Positions 39,439 through 52,725 of a stretch of DNA of 64,000 bases are shown piece after piece; position 1 is the first letter of the stretch, and each line of letters begins with the position of its first letter. The notes under the pieces are model-generated. The model was not told the origin of the DNA, did not search any database, and saw only the letters and a list, made by a program, of their open reading frames with translations. Source of the DNA: Hormiphora californensis. Lineage: Eukaryota > Animalia > Ctenophora. The stretch spans positions 2,046,001 to 2,110,000 of the forward strand of contig CM035361.1 of NCBI GenBank assembly GCA_020137815.1. The letters are read 5' to 3'. The translations under genes and the position numbers were made by a program.

Positions 39439-41154
39439 TCAGTAGTCTGCACTGGACCTGCTCACTCGACCACGTTCCATTATCTAGACACGTTATAACA
39501 GCATTATCACCTAGTAGAACATAGTTGTGTATGCAGGTTATGGTAATGCTAGTCCCGGGCTCTGTGTCATCGTTCCAGTTGCCTTGTGTCGATCCTTCCA
39601 CGGCAAAAGCAGAACAACCTAGGAATTTTGATGAGAATACATACGTATTTTCCGTAGTTTTGCCGGCAAGCAAAGTAAATCGAAAGTTCAGTAATGGATT
39701 AATGGAAATATACCCCTAATTGTGCCCCAAATTTGGTACAATTCCAACTGTATAGTACCTGCTGCCTTGTAAAATTCAGAGGCCGTGTCGGCAGAGTTGA
39801 ATTTGATCTGCTCCACAACGTCACCGCCCCACGTTGTATCACAGCTCTTTAATGAACTATTTGTAAACATGTAGTTCAGCACCTCAACACCATTACATGT
39901 GATGATTATGGTGGTCTCAGTTTTACCAAGTTTCCAGATATTCTCCACCTCATCTGGGGGCTGAACTGGCAGGTCTATGTAGTCGCTGGTGCAGGATCCT
40001 ATGTAATACTGCATTGGGGATGATAACTTGACCCTCACCGTGTCCACCCATGTGTTGCTCTCGTCTAACATTCTAACCCTGATCATCTCATCACTACCTG
40101 CTGTATAGTTCGTTTTGATCAGGAGAGATGTTCCCTCCAGGTCCCAGGGTATCTTGACAGTCCGCTTTACCGCTGTCCACTCTGAAAGAGATCAGGGATG
40201 GTGAAATACTGAAATATAGTTTATAGGTGTCTTGGCTTACCCATTATCACAACCAAACTCGATTTGAAAGCAAAAAAACTATTCAGAAGTTTAATAAACA
40301 CAATAAAAACACAGTTAAAATTGTATTTTATGCTTTGTCTGTGACTCTGTGAATCACAGTTTGGTGACATAGACACCGTGCGCGACCAAGATTGAGCTCA
40401 CACACATGTGTCTGCTCCGCCTCAAAAAGGGTCGTTTCTTTCAAGGGATGTTGCACGTGATCCACTGGACCGATTTGCATCCGGTTTGTCGCAAAAGACT
40501 ACAAATGATCCTAATATACTGGAAAATACCCGAGAAGTTTGTCTGTCAACAGGAAGTGGGTCAAAATTGACACTGAAGTCAAACCTATAATCTGGCTTCC
40601 GAGAGTTTCTGCACTACGCCCATGCGATTTAGAAGATATTGGGAGATATGTTGATGCAATTAGCATCAGCTATTAATGCCGGGTATTTTCCAGTACTCAC
40701 AAGAGTTCAACCTATCTTCTGATACCCTCAGATTCATTCTACACCGTCTGGGAGTGGTGCAAAAAGGCTCGGAAGCCAGATTATAGATTTGACTTCAGTG
40801 TCAATTTTGACCCACTTCCTGTTGACAGACAAACTTCTCGGGTATTTTCCAGTAAACTAGGACCAATTTGTAGTCTTTTGCGACAAACCGGATGCAAATC
40901 GGTCCAGTGGATCACGTGCAATTTGGCTTTAAAGACACGACCCTTTTTTAGGGGGCGGAGCGGACACCTATGTGCGAGCTCGATCTCGGTCGCTGCGCGA
41001 CCTCGATCTCGCACACACTAGGTGTCAATGTCACCAAAATCACAGTGTGATCAGATTGTGTGATCAGATTCCAAAGTTGTAACGAACCTGAACAAGTAGC
41101 GGGTTTCCACAAGACAAATGCAGTCGAAAGGAAAAGTACCAGAATCAAACGCAT
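39439..41154 (-). CDS. Secreted protein: signal peptide, a ~140-aa beta-rich ctenophore-type domain and a Sushi/CCP domain; 3' end not found
   Basis: Exons 41088-41154 (MRLILVLFLSTAFVLWKPATCS), 39759-40181 (EWTAVKRTVKIPWDLEGT...CNGVEVLNY...DTASEFY) and 39439-39618 (C...GTSITITC..NYVLLGD..ITCLDNGTWS...C). All introns are phase 1 GT-AG. Confidence 0.8.
40361..41037. mobile_element. 677-bp Mutator-like palindromic MITE, 9-bp TSD
   Basis: TIR ttggtgacatagacacc/ggtgtcaatgtcaccaa, TSD aatcacagt on both sides, and long internal inverted arms. Confidence 0.92.
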
Positions 41155-41562
41155 TGATGTATACTTTCCTAAAAATAAGAAAGATGCCAAAAACTCGGAA
41201 CAATTCTTGAGACTGAGCACCGGTACGAGTTTTTTGTTTCTGCTGTTTTAGTGTTTTAGTTTTACACTCAATGCAATGCCCATTGCCCATTCCTCATGCA
41301 TTATTCATCTAGATGATTAATTCATGAGCACTGTATGTGTGAACAACTGCTGTGGCTTTGAAAAATAGTATGATTTGAGAGATTTACAAAGGCCACGAAA
41401 AAAGATCTGCTAGAAAACGTGCGATGAAGACACCGCCCAAGGAATCTACAATCCCCCTCCCTGATCTCTCTTTCCTACCCTGTTTCTCTCGCAGACTTCG
41501 GGTCGGAGCTGTTAGAGCATTGGCCTGGCCAGCTATTCTCATTTCTTTGCGGAGAACTGCGG

Positions 41563-41783
41563 TCAGAGCATTGGCCTGACAGGGTTGGAGGTGCATGCCT
41601 GACAGGGTTGGAGGTGCATGCCTGACAGGGTTGGAGGTGCATGCCTGACAGGGTTGGAGGTGCATGCCTGACAGGGTTGGAGGTGCATGCCTGACAGGGT
41701 TGGAGGTGCATGCCTGACAGGGTTGGAGGTGCATTGGCCTGACAGGGTTGGAGGTGCATTGGCCTGACAGGGTTGGAGGTGCA
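41563..41783. repeat. 23-25-bp tandem repeat (gcctgacagggttggaggtgcat), ~9 units
   Basis: Directly visible. Confidence 0.95.
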
Positions 41784-42057
41784 CCTAAATAGAGGCACCA
41801 CAATCAGCTCATACTATTTATAGTGTCCCACTGGGACTCTTCTAAAAGTAGCTAACTGACTGGGCGTGAGAGAAATTCCAGTGTCTCTTTATAATATATC
41901 CCTATCACTTTTTCTCTCCCTCCCTCTCTCTCTCAGGAAGCCACCCCAACACCCTGGACCCAGTCTGACCGAGCTAAATACCCCCACAATTCGCACATAC
42001 CGGACCCAGCTAAATAGCTTCATATTATAGCACTTATAGAGATATGGTATAGGAGAG

Positions 42058-42103
<46 letters not shown>

Positions 42104-42524
42104 GGAAAGTGATAGGACGGACATGTTGATAGGGTGATCAGAAACAAAGTAAAAATAGAATTATTTTGTAAATGGTAGAAGTATTTTTATAAAACTTGCA
42201 AAGGGAATACCAAAGCAATAAATTATTCACTAGCCAAAACACGGCGTCATCAGCTGCAGTTGTTAAAAAAATATTCAAATTAAAATGTTTAGTTTTCATA
42301 AACCGCACCGTTTCAATTTCATTGTTCACCAAATATTATCAGTTTGTACCCAGCCTTGCGGGCAGGCAAAATCGAAATGTGTCATCAATAATTAGATGCG
42401 CTAGTTGTCGGAATTGAAGAAGCAAGAGTTAATTAAGAGTCACCAATTTCAACTCCAGCTCCTCTCGTTATATTTCAAAGTAAGAGTCACATGGTCCATT
42501 ACTGCAATTTCAACTCCAGCTCGT

Positions 42525-43268
42525 TCAATCGAAGTTTCTCCACGAGTGAAGACTTGTAACAGACCCTCTAAACCTGCCTCTCAGATCCGGCCTGACCAGC
42601 GCACATGACATACATTTCTCCACTGTTCCAACACCATCCTCACAACATTGATCAGCAGCACGGCCCCTTCGCCTCCTGTATCGTATATTATCGTCCCCGG
42701 AGTACCGGGAGGGGGGTGTGGCGAGGACTTCCAGGGAGGTGTGTTTTATGGGTCCGAAGGAGAGTGAGGGACGATCCTCCAGGATGAGGGGAGATAGGGT
42801 GAGAGGTCGGGATGGGTACTGGTATTGGACCCTGGAAATAGAGAGAGGTGTTAAATAAAATAGGTAAACATGACTCCACGGTAACCACCCCAGTAACCAC
42901 CTTGGTAACCACCCTAGTAACCACCTTGGTAACCACCGTAGTGACCACCATAGTAACCACCCTATATCTCACCTCATTGGTGGCAGAGACCGGATACTCT
43001 TTGGTGATGGTGAGCTATCCACATCACTAACCACTCCACCCCCTCCTCGCATAACGGGGGTCTGCAATAACATCACGGGGTGAAGGTGGTTATCCATGAC
43101 AAACCCAGCCGATCTGCTCCTTTTGCACACGTACCCAGTTGATATCCCAGATGATGAGGAGGATGTTGTGGTGATGCGAGATTTGGTGGAGGAAGAGTTA
43201 CGGTGTTTTTGACGGAGTTTCCTGCAGCTGTCCCGGAGACGTTTCATGTAGACGGAGAATAGGGTCAT
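42525..43268 (-). CDS. Unknown Ser/Pro/Arg-rich protein (~200 aa, 2 coding exons)
   Basis: An acceptor cctccag lies just before the ATG. Exon 42973-43268 splices (AG|gtgag ... ttccag|G) in frame to exon 42525-42832, ending ...SVTSLHSWRNFD*. No domain is recognisable. Confidence 0.5.
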
Positions 43269-44020
43269 ATCTGGAGGGCTAGAAGTAGGGTGGGGTTAGG
43301 ATTTAAATTGGAGAGTCAAATGCATTCGGTTTAATTTCAAACTCTGCAACTAACAATCATGGATGCGTGGGAACGATTTAAAGGAACAGGAAATTAATTT
43401 AAACAAATTAAAGGCATGGAAATTATGATTAGTCCAATTATTCAATCACGGCATCACGTACATGAAAACGGGGAAAATTACAAATGCGAATGTGAGAATT
43501 GAAATGAAATCCTAAGTTAGGACCTAACAACATCATGGTAACCATCCTAGTAACCACTAACCACTCTAGTAACATCACTTGCCAAGAGAAGAAAAAACTG
43601 CAACTGCCATTTGGTGAGAAACCTAGGAAGATAAAATGCTAACGACATATGTCTACTTATCTACTGATAGTGGAGATATAATATATTATATGTGATGGCA
43701 TGGGATCATTTAAAATGTGGAAATATGTCTGACCAGCAGACCAGAGAGGTAGGGGGAGCATTTATGAGGTACTATTTCTGGGAAAACTTTCTAGGAAAGT
43801 TTTCTGGGAAAACTATCACTGTGATAGATAATATTGTGTCTGACGCGACGTCTGTTGTGTTGACTCTGGTTGAACTTTTTTAAATCTATAAGTTCCGTGA
43901 TTAGTAATCACAATAAATCCAAAATCATCTTGTCAAGAAACGAGAAGAACTTGATAACAGAGCTGACGAGCTGTCAGTTGTTTTGATTGTTGTGAGTGCA
44001 TGTGGGAAAAAAGAGACAAT

Positions 44021-44169
<149 letters not shown>

Positions 44170-44883
44170 TGGAAACAAGCAGGAAAGATTGAAACAATGG
44201 ATCATGTCCAGGACTGACCGACATCGTGTGAGTGATCAGAAGTTGGCAAGTAGATGTGTCAAACGAAGTGCACTTTCTAATCCTAACAAAAGTGTTTCCA
44301 AAATCATTATTTCAAAAAACTAGATCGCCTTGTTCCACCCTGTCTCACCGCAAATGTAAAAGAGGGAACATAACAAAAAATAATGATTTTAAAATCAAAC
44401 AAAGTCAGCAAATCTGAGAAAAGAACTATAGTTCTTCAGTTCGAACTCAAGAGATACTGGGCGTTAATAATGACCCCTCCCACTCGAGATGGGAGGAGGG
44501 GTGGGGGATGAGACTGGTAGGTGGAGGAGGAGTATCAAAGAAGACCTATCATATCCTCTCTCTTTTTCTATCTTTGCAGGAGAGAAAAGACTGTCCTATC
44601 TCCCCTCCTACAGTCTCTCCAACGCACACACACATATATAATATCGAGATCCAAACAACTGCCCTAAACTCTCTGCACTGCTCCAGACCTTTAAAAACAG
44701 GTGGCGCAGCAGGGTGACATGGGGCCGGGCACTTTTCGTAATAGCCATGTGTCACAAGCAATTAGGAGCGGGAATTGAGATATATTGCAGTGATGATATC
44801 ATTGGATCTTGATACATGAGGAGAAGCTGATATGATGGGTGTGGGTTGGAAGTGTGGTGGGTGTCACATCACATGGACTCGTA

Positions 44884-45089
<206 letters not shown>

Positions 45090-45669
45090 TTCTTTGTTAT
45101 TGACCCGTCAACAACTGCTGCCTATCCGCACTAACCCTCCGAGAAAGAGAGAGAAAGAGAGAGAAAGAGGGAGAGAAATAAAGAGAAAGAAAGATGGAAA
45201 GGAGAGAGAATAATGACAAATAATTACGTACCTCTAGGGCCAAAAATTATCAGGCTGGAATTGCCGACTGACAACTTTAATTCTCAAAAAAGGCAGACGT
45301 CTACTAAGCTAACCAAGTTGTACTACCCATACCCTGTTTTTACCAAGTAGGAAAAAGAGTAAAACACTTATTCATCTCGTTTACGTCTGGAAATCCCGAA
45401 ACTGGGACATTGTCCAGAAAAACAGCAAAGTGACAGCAGACAGGCGGTATAATAGGTTTGACATTAAATTGTTCGCAGAGTAGGAATCTAAACTGTGCAG
45501 TTGCATGTTTGCCAAGATTTAACCTAAAAATATGTCGTGCCCATGGGAAATTAGAGCCATGCCTAAATTGCATAATGCACGCTGAACAAAACGAATTGAC
45601 AAGAATAAAAAGGACATTTTAGACAGTGCAACAGAGAACTACAGAGCTACAGAGAGTTAAATTTTAAAA

Positions 45670-45712
<43 letters not shown>

Positions 45713-47105
45713 ACACTAAAAGTCACAACTGTGTTGACAGAATTGTTGGTGACCTGCTCTCGATTAACATATAGTGGAGCGTTACTAGGCCATAACACAG
45801 TTAGTGAATGGGACTCCTGCGTGTGATTAGAATTAGAAACCCATATAAAAACTCAAAATATCACGATCTGTAAACATAAAGTCATGACTTTATCCATTTT
45901 ACCCCGTATGATATTGTATATTGAATAGTATTGAACAGTTAAATAAAAGGGTTTCAGAGGGTTTCACCTGTCAACATCACAAAAAGCATGATGCTTTGAG
46001 CGTGATGTAATGCGTAGTAGCATTACATAATTTGGGAGAGAGGGGGGGGGTTGACACATTATTAGACAGATTGCAAAACTGTATATTTCAGAGTTACACC
46101 TTCTAAATCGTCTAAGGGTTTTAATTGACATGAGTTGTTCAGTGAATTGAACTGTGCATGCATGTATTTCAACTTGACGTAATGTTGAGAGGGCGGCCGA
46201 CATGTGAACCTGACACACACAATCATGTCGAGAAGATAAATTATGATCATTCGATTATAGTGTCCTGAGTCCTCAATCCTGTCTCGGGAGGTTCAAAACC
46301 GTGAAATATTTCGATAAGGTCAAAAATCCTGAGAAATCGTCCATTTTTACAACACCATTTCCAAAGGTTATGTGATCTGAGTAGCTACTTCATAGTAGGA
46401 GATAGAAGTACGCTCCAGATTAAATATCGGTTAGAGAAATAGATAAAAACACAGAGAGATAAGAATCAAGAATCACCATTTCTCCATACTTTTAATAAGT
46501 TTTCCCTGTTTTCAGCGTGTGCTGTCTTTGATTTTGACCATAAATCTAAGCTCTATACTGTATGATCTATGGGCCCGAATTCTCTTTGGCCGCACTATTA
46601 GATAATTCGTCCATGATTTTCAGTCTCTGATTTTCATTTCGTAGAAAAGTGCATGGCACACATACTTCTCACTCACCCCTCCCTCTCCCTCTCTCTTCCA
46701 AGGCCAAGCACTCCCATTTCCACGTACGACACGTGTGTCGCTGTACGTGTTCCGGCCGACTCAATGCAGAGTATGAACATAAACAGAGAGAGACAGAGAG
46801 TCAAAGAAATTCCCAAAATAAAATAACATCAAATAACATAATATTTTGAACGTTTGTTGTCGTACAATTTACCAATACCATTATAATAGGCGCACGTTTG
46901 TTTTGACAGTCGAATTCATCCTAGCTACCAATTGTACAATTTTAGCGTGAAACTTGATGCTCTTCTACAAGGGGTTGATCGCAAAATTGATTTATGGCGA
47001 CATAAAATTCTTAGAAATGCTCATCTAGAAGTTCTAGTATGAACATCAATTGTTCAATTATTCAGTTTGAAAAACATTTTGTTGTAGTCTTTTCTTTTAA
47101 CAATA

Positions 47106-47198
47106 CAGTCGGACCTCGATTTACCGGGCAGGTCCCGATTTACAAAACCGTTTCCCCAAACATCCGTTTCCCCAAACATCCCGGTAAATCGAGGTCTG
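47106..47198. mobile_element. Tc1/mariner-pogo-type MITE remnant
   Basis: TA|cagtcggacctcgatttaccggg...cccggtaaatcgaggtc. Same family as 9726-9801. Confidence 0.65.
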
Positions 47199-48259
47199 TC
47201 ATGAATGAGATCTGTTCAGGATTGGGGACTGTATCTCAAATCATGGCAACTTCCCATTGTTGGCCATGGTTGCTGCATGGGTTGTTGTTTTAGTCTGACC
47301 GCCGAATGCTCTATCTATATGCCCACAGAACTATTGTTGACACAGCTCAGGTTTAGTGCATATGAGTGATAATACTGCAGCAGCTGTAATAACACTTGTG
47401 GGCAGCTAAATCTGGCGCCTATCAATGATGATACGTGTGTACTGTGTAATCTATTTTGATTACCATTTTTACCACTTTTTTGTTTGCAATTGGTATTGTT
47501 GGTAATGCTATATTGATGGTTTACTAATAAGGTTGTTAAATGTTACATAATTGTTACCATTGTGGTATTTATTTATTGTGGTATTTATCTGGTAGTATGA
47601 AAGATTAGGTCGTGCGCGCCAAATGGCGCCATATGGCGCCAAATGGCGCCATCATATTCGCCAAATGGCGCCACGTGGCGAACAAATGGCGCCATTTGGC
47701 GCCAAAATGTGGCGAGTGCGCACTATCGCCAAATGGCGCCATTTCTGGCGCCACGTGGCGCCGCGTGGCGCCACGTGGCGCCAGTGGCGATCGCCATTCG
47801 CCAAATGTTGGCGACTCTTGGCGGTATCGCCACGTGGCGATGGTATGAAGTCTGAAAAAAAACATGCGCAAAATTTTTATCGCCAAATGGCGCCATTAAG
47901 TGATCAGGAGATCAAGTCGCCAAATGGCGCCGTTTGGCGACATCTGGCGCCATTCGTCGCCAAATGGCGCCGTTTGGCGCCAATCGTCACAAAGTGGCGC
48001 CAATTGGCGCCATTCGGCGAATTTTTCGCCATATGGCGCCGTTTGGCGCCACTTGGCGATACTCATCGCCAAACATCGCCATTTGGCGCAAATTGTCGAT
48101 GTATCAATAATATTTTTATTGGTTTTAAAAGTAGGACACTCGCCGTTCTGCGCCACGTGGCGCCAACTGGCGATTAATTCGTAGTGTCTGACGGTGTATA
48201 AGGTCCAAATGAGGCACGGAGCTTTTCTGAATCAGCTTTTCAAGACGAATCCAACGCAA

Positions 48260-48441
48260 CCGGAATTAGCTTTCTATCTTATCGGGAAGGTTCGGTTCAC
48301 TCACACTCATTTTTAGTCATTTTTGCCGTGCGAGCCAATCAGAGGCCAGAATTTCGAAATCCAGCCCTCTGATTGGCTCGCGCGGCCAAAAATGAAAAAA
48401 ATGAACCACACCTTCCCGATAAGATAGAAAGCTAATCCCGG
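48260..48441. mobile_element. Palindromic MITE nested in the foldback
   Basis: ccggaattagctttctatcttatcgggaagg is mirrored by ccttcccgataagatagaaagctaatcccgg. Confidence 0.75.
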
Positions 48442-51400
48442 AATTAATAATTCGCCAAATGGCGCCGTTTGTCGCCATTTGGCGCCATATGGCGACAAAT
48501 GTTTGTCAAACGATTGTCGCCATATGGCGCCATTTGTCGCCATTTGGCGCCTAACGTCGCCATTTGGCGCCAAATGTCGCCATATAGCGCCAAATTTTTG
48601 TCAAATTTTTGTCGCCATTTGGCGCCAAACGTCGCCATATGGCGCCATTTGTCGCCAATTGGCGCCGAACGTCGCCATTTGGCGCCAAATGTTTGTCAAA
48701 TGTTTGTCGCCATTTGGCGCCAAACGTCGCCATATGGCGCCATTTGTCGCCACTTGGCGCCGAACGTCGCCATTTGGCGCCAAATGTCGCCATATAGCGC
48801 CAAATGGCGACATATGGCGCAAAATGTTTGCCAAATGTTAGTCGCCATTTGGCGCCAAATGTCGCCATATGGCGCCAAACGTCGCCATTTGGCGCCAAAT
48901 GTCGCCATATAGCGCCAAATTTTTGTCAAATTTTTGTCGCCATTTGGCGCCAAACGTCGCCATATGGCGCCATTTGTCGCCAATTGGCGCCGAACGTCGC
49001 CATTTGGCGCCAAACGTCGCCATATGGCGCCAAATGTTTGTCAAATGTTTGTCGCCATTTGGCGCCAAACGTCGCCATATGGCGCCATTTGTCGCCACTT
49101 GGCGCCGAACGTCGCCATTTGGCGCCAAATGTCGCCATATAGCGCCAAATGGCGACATATGGCGCAAAATGTTTGCCAAATGTTAGTCGCCATTTGGCGC
49201 CAAATGTCGCCATATGGCGCCAAACGTCGCCATTTGGCGCCAAATGTCGCCATATGGCGCCAAATTTTTGCCAAATATTTGGCGCTAAACGTCGCCATTT
49301 GGCGCCACTTGGCGCCGAACGTCGCCATTTGGCGCCATATGGCGACATTTGGCGCAAAATGGCGACGTTCGGCGCCAAGTGGCGCCATACGGCGCCAGAT
49401 GGCGACAAACATTTGACAAAAATTTGGCGCCATATGGCGACATTTGGCGCCAAATGGCGACGTTTGGCGCCAGATGGCGACGTTTGGCGACGTTTGGCGA
49501 CTAACATTTGACAAACAGTTTGCGCCATATGTCGCCACTTGGCGCCATATGGCGACATTTGGCGCCAAATGGCGTTGTTCGGCGCCAAGTGGCGCCATAT
49601 GGCGACAAACGTTTGACAAAAATTTGGCGCCATATGGCGACATTTGGCGCCAAATGGCGACGTTTGGCGCCAGATGGCGACATTTGGCGCCAAATGGCGA
49701 CGTTTAGCGCCAACTGGCGACATTATGGCGCCGTTCGGCGCCAATTGGCGATTTTTTCGCCAAATGGCGCCACGCGGCGCCGAGTGGCGAGCGTCATATT
49801 TTGGAAAGCATTGAAAATTTGCTATTCTTATCGCCAAATGGCGCCATTTGGCGATAAATATGTTGCGCATGTTTTTTTTCAGACTTCATACCATCGCCAC
49901 GTGGCGATACCGCCAAGAGTCGCCAACATTTGGCGAATGGCGATCGCCACTGGCGCCAAATGGGTAGTCCCGCCATGGCGGTAGTCAATCGCCACATGGC
50001 GGTTGCAATCGCCATGTGGCGGTCGGGAGTGGCGCCATACCACGGAAGTGGCGCCATACATGCTCTGGCGGTACTTAGATGGCGGTGGAGTTTGGCGCCA
50101 GTTGTTGAATTTGGCGCTAGCTTGTGGCGCCAACAAAAAAACCGATTTCTGGAGTGGCGCCACACCACTGGAGTGGCGCCACATAAAAAAATGGCGCCAC
50201 TCAAAATATTTTGTAACGCCAACATATGGCACTGTTTGACTACCGCCACCGCCATCCTTATTGGCGCTAACGTTTACTGGATGGCGCCAACATTTATGTG
50301 GCGCCACTCTTGTATGGCGCCATAAATGTGGGCTTTTTACCGTTTTTTGCTAATTTTGAGCACCTTTAAAGCCAAATAACGGCTAAACGGTTGAAGATGG
50401 AGCTTAAAAGTCCGACGTCGACCCCCATAACTTGGCCATTGCCTACAAAATTGCACCAATGAAAAGTCTCTGAACAATTCCTACGTGGCTATGGAGGCGC
50501 ATTGTCGCATTGTGCGCGTCTTAACACATAGTGTCTCACCTCCATAGCCATATAATAGCCTTAAACGGTTATGTTTAAACCTAATTATTCAATTATCTAA
50601 TTAACCGGATGAGATAGAGACTTAATTTCAGCACCTACCCCCACTAATTCGAGAACGCTGAACATTTCAGTGCCCCCGGTTGTGTCTCTACTCCTTTCCT
50701 AACATGGCTAAATATAGCCATATGGCCAGCAAACGGCTATGTGCAGGTCTAATTATCCAATTATCCAATTAACCAGATGAGATAAAGACTTTATTCTGGC
50801 ACCTACCCCCACTAATGCGAGGACACTTAACACTTTGGTGCCCTTAATTTTATCTCTACTCCTTTCCTAAGGGTAGATACAGCGTTTTTCTCCTTATGCT
50901 CAATTACCAATCAATTAGGGGCTAATTACACACCTTCCCCCAAATAATTGAGACTGAAATTTTGGTTTTTTATGTTCAGGGGGCCTATACCTAGAATTTA
51001 CAACCGGAATTGGCTTGCCGCTAGTGAGTTCTATGTCGAAACACGTTTTGACAGGCTTATGTAGGTGACACAGACAACTTCAAAAAATGCGCTCACGGAA
51101 GGGCTCATTCTCGGCAATGTCCATATGGCGCCACATGATCATGTGGCGCCATTATCATGTGGCGCCATTAATGTGGCGCTAATGTGTGGCGCCGTTTGAC
51201 TACCGCCACGACAACGGTTGGCGCCACACACATACCACTTGCATACCGCCAGAGTTTTTAAAATGTGGCGCCACTCCAGTGGTGTGGCGCCACTCCAGAA
51301 ATCGGTTTTTTTGTTAGCGCCATAAGTTGGCGCCATATTCAACAAATGGCGCCACACGCCACCGCCATCCAAGTACCGCCAGGGTAAAAGGGTCATGACC

Positions 51401-51839
51401 CTAAGTGACCAATTTTTGGCGCCAATTTTCGATTTTTTGGCGCCAAAAACCATTATTGGCGCCAAATATTATCACCAATAAAAAATACCGGCGCCAAAAC
51501 GCGATTTGGCGCCGGTTTTTTTGGCGCCAAAGCTCTTTTTGGCGCCGGCTTTTGGCGGTTCACTTGGGTGAACCTTAAAAAATTGGCGCCAATTCTGAAA
51601 TTGGCGCCACCCATCCTTGACCCTAAGTTTTGGCGCCAACTCTGGCGAAAGTTAGCGCCAACTGTTGGCGCCAATTTGTTGAATATTTAGGGTCATAGGA
51701 TGGAAAATTGGCGCCAATCATTAGCGCCAACTTTAAAATTTCGACTAAGTAACCCTTGAGCGCTAGTTGTTAGCGCCACTTTTTGGCGCCAATTTATTAG
51801 CGCCAATTATTGGCGCCAAAAAAACAAAACATTCAGTTT

Positions 51840-51910
51840 CTGTCTGGCGCCGTGACCCCATCTGAGCGCACTGTCAGGATCTGTCAGAGCTGTCTGGCGC
51901 CGCCAGACAG
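51840..51910. mobile_element. 71-bp mini-MITE
   Basis: ttcagttt|ctgtctggcg...cgccagacag|ctcagttt (8-bp TSD, 1 mismatch). Confidence 0.72.
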
Positions 51911-52693
51911 CTCAGTTTGCAGATGCTGGCATTTGTGCGGATAACTTTCATTACCAGTGGTACTATCACAATGTCTGACCCCGAAACTCGTCACACGCAT
52001 CTTTCCAGTTATAACTGGGCCCTTCAAACGTGGAGGAATGCCATTTAACATTAGGTACTGGCTGTAATTTAGGTACATTATTGAAAATTAAGATACGGAG
52101 TGTCAAGTAACAGATCTTACCCCCTAGTTCCATGGGCAGAACTCCGCAAAAGGATCTGCCGTTTGAAAGTGAGCACTTCGGTTCCACGGGAAGAAAAATA
52201 CTGACACACAGCCGCATAAACTCCGTGTGAGATGGTTTTTCACGCCCTAATTAAGCATGGTGTGAAAGAGAGATCTACTGAGTTATTTCATTGATCAATT
52301 AGATGTGTGAATAACACCCTCCCGAGGGGCTACCAAAAAGGCCGAATTACGCCTAAAAGGCGTAATTCGGCCTGTGCACAAGGCGTAATTCTGCGGCGTA
52401 ATTCGGCCGCAGAATTCGGCCTAAAAGGCGTAATTCAGCCTAAATTTGGCCGAATTCTGCCCATGGAACAAGGGTGTTCCCCCCTTTTTCCCCATGGGAA
52501 AATTTCGGAAATTTTTAGGCTAAATTCGCCTTTTATTTAGGCCCAAGTAGAAAGGCGTAATTGCGGCGAAATTCTCCCAGGAAAAAGGGGTGTTGGGGCA
52601 AAAAAGCCTGTTTGGTTTGACCCGCTCTTAACTTAGTCAAACCCCCGTTGGTGTCCCCCCGGGTTGAAATTTTAGGGGGGGGGTTTTTTTTTT

Positions 52694-52725
<32 letters not shown>

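Noticed and set aside
47605-51674. Dozens of overlapping ORFs (MAPNGAIWRH-type)
   Set aside because: They are translations of the GGCGCC satellite in all six frames, with no domain or splice support.
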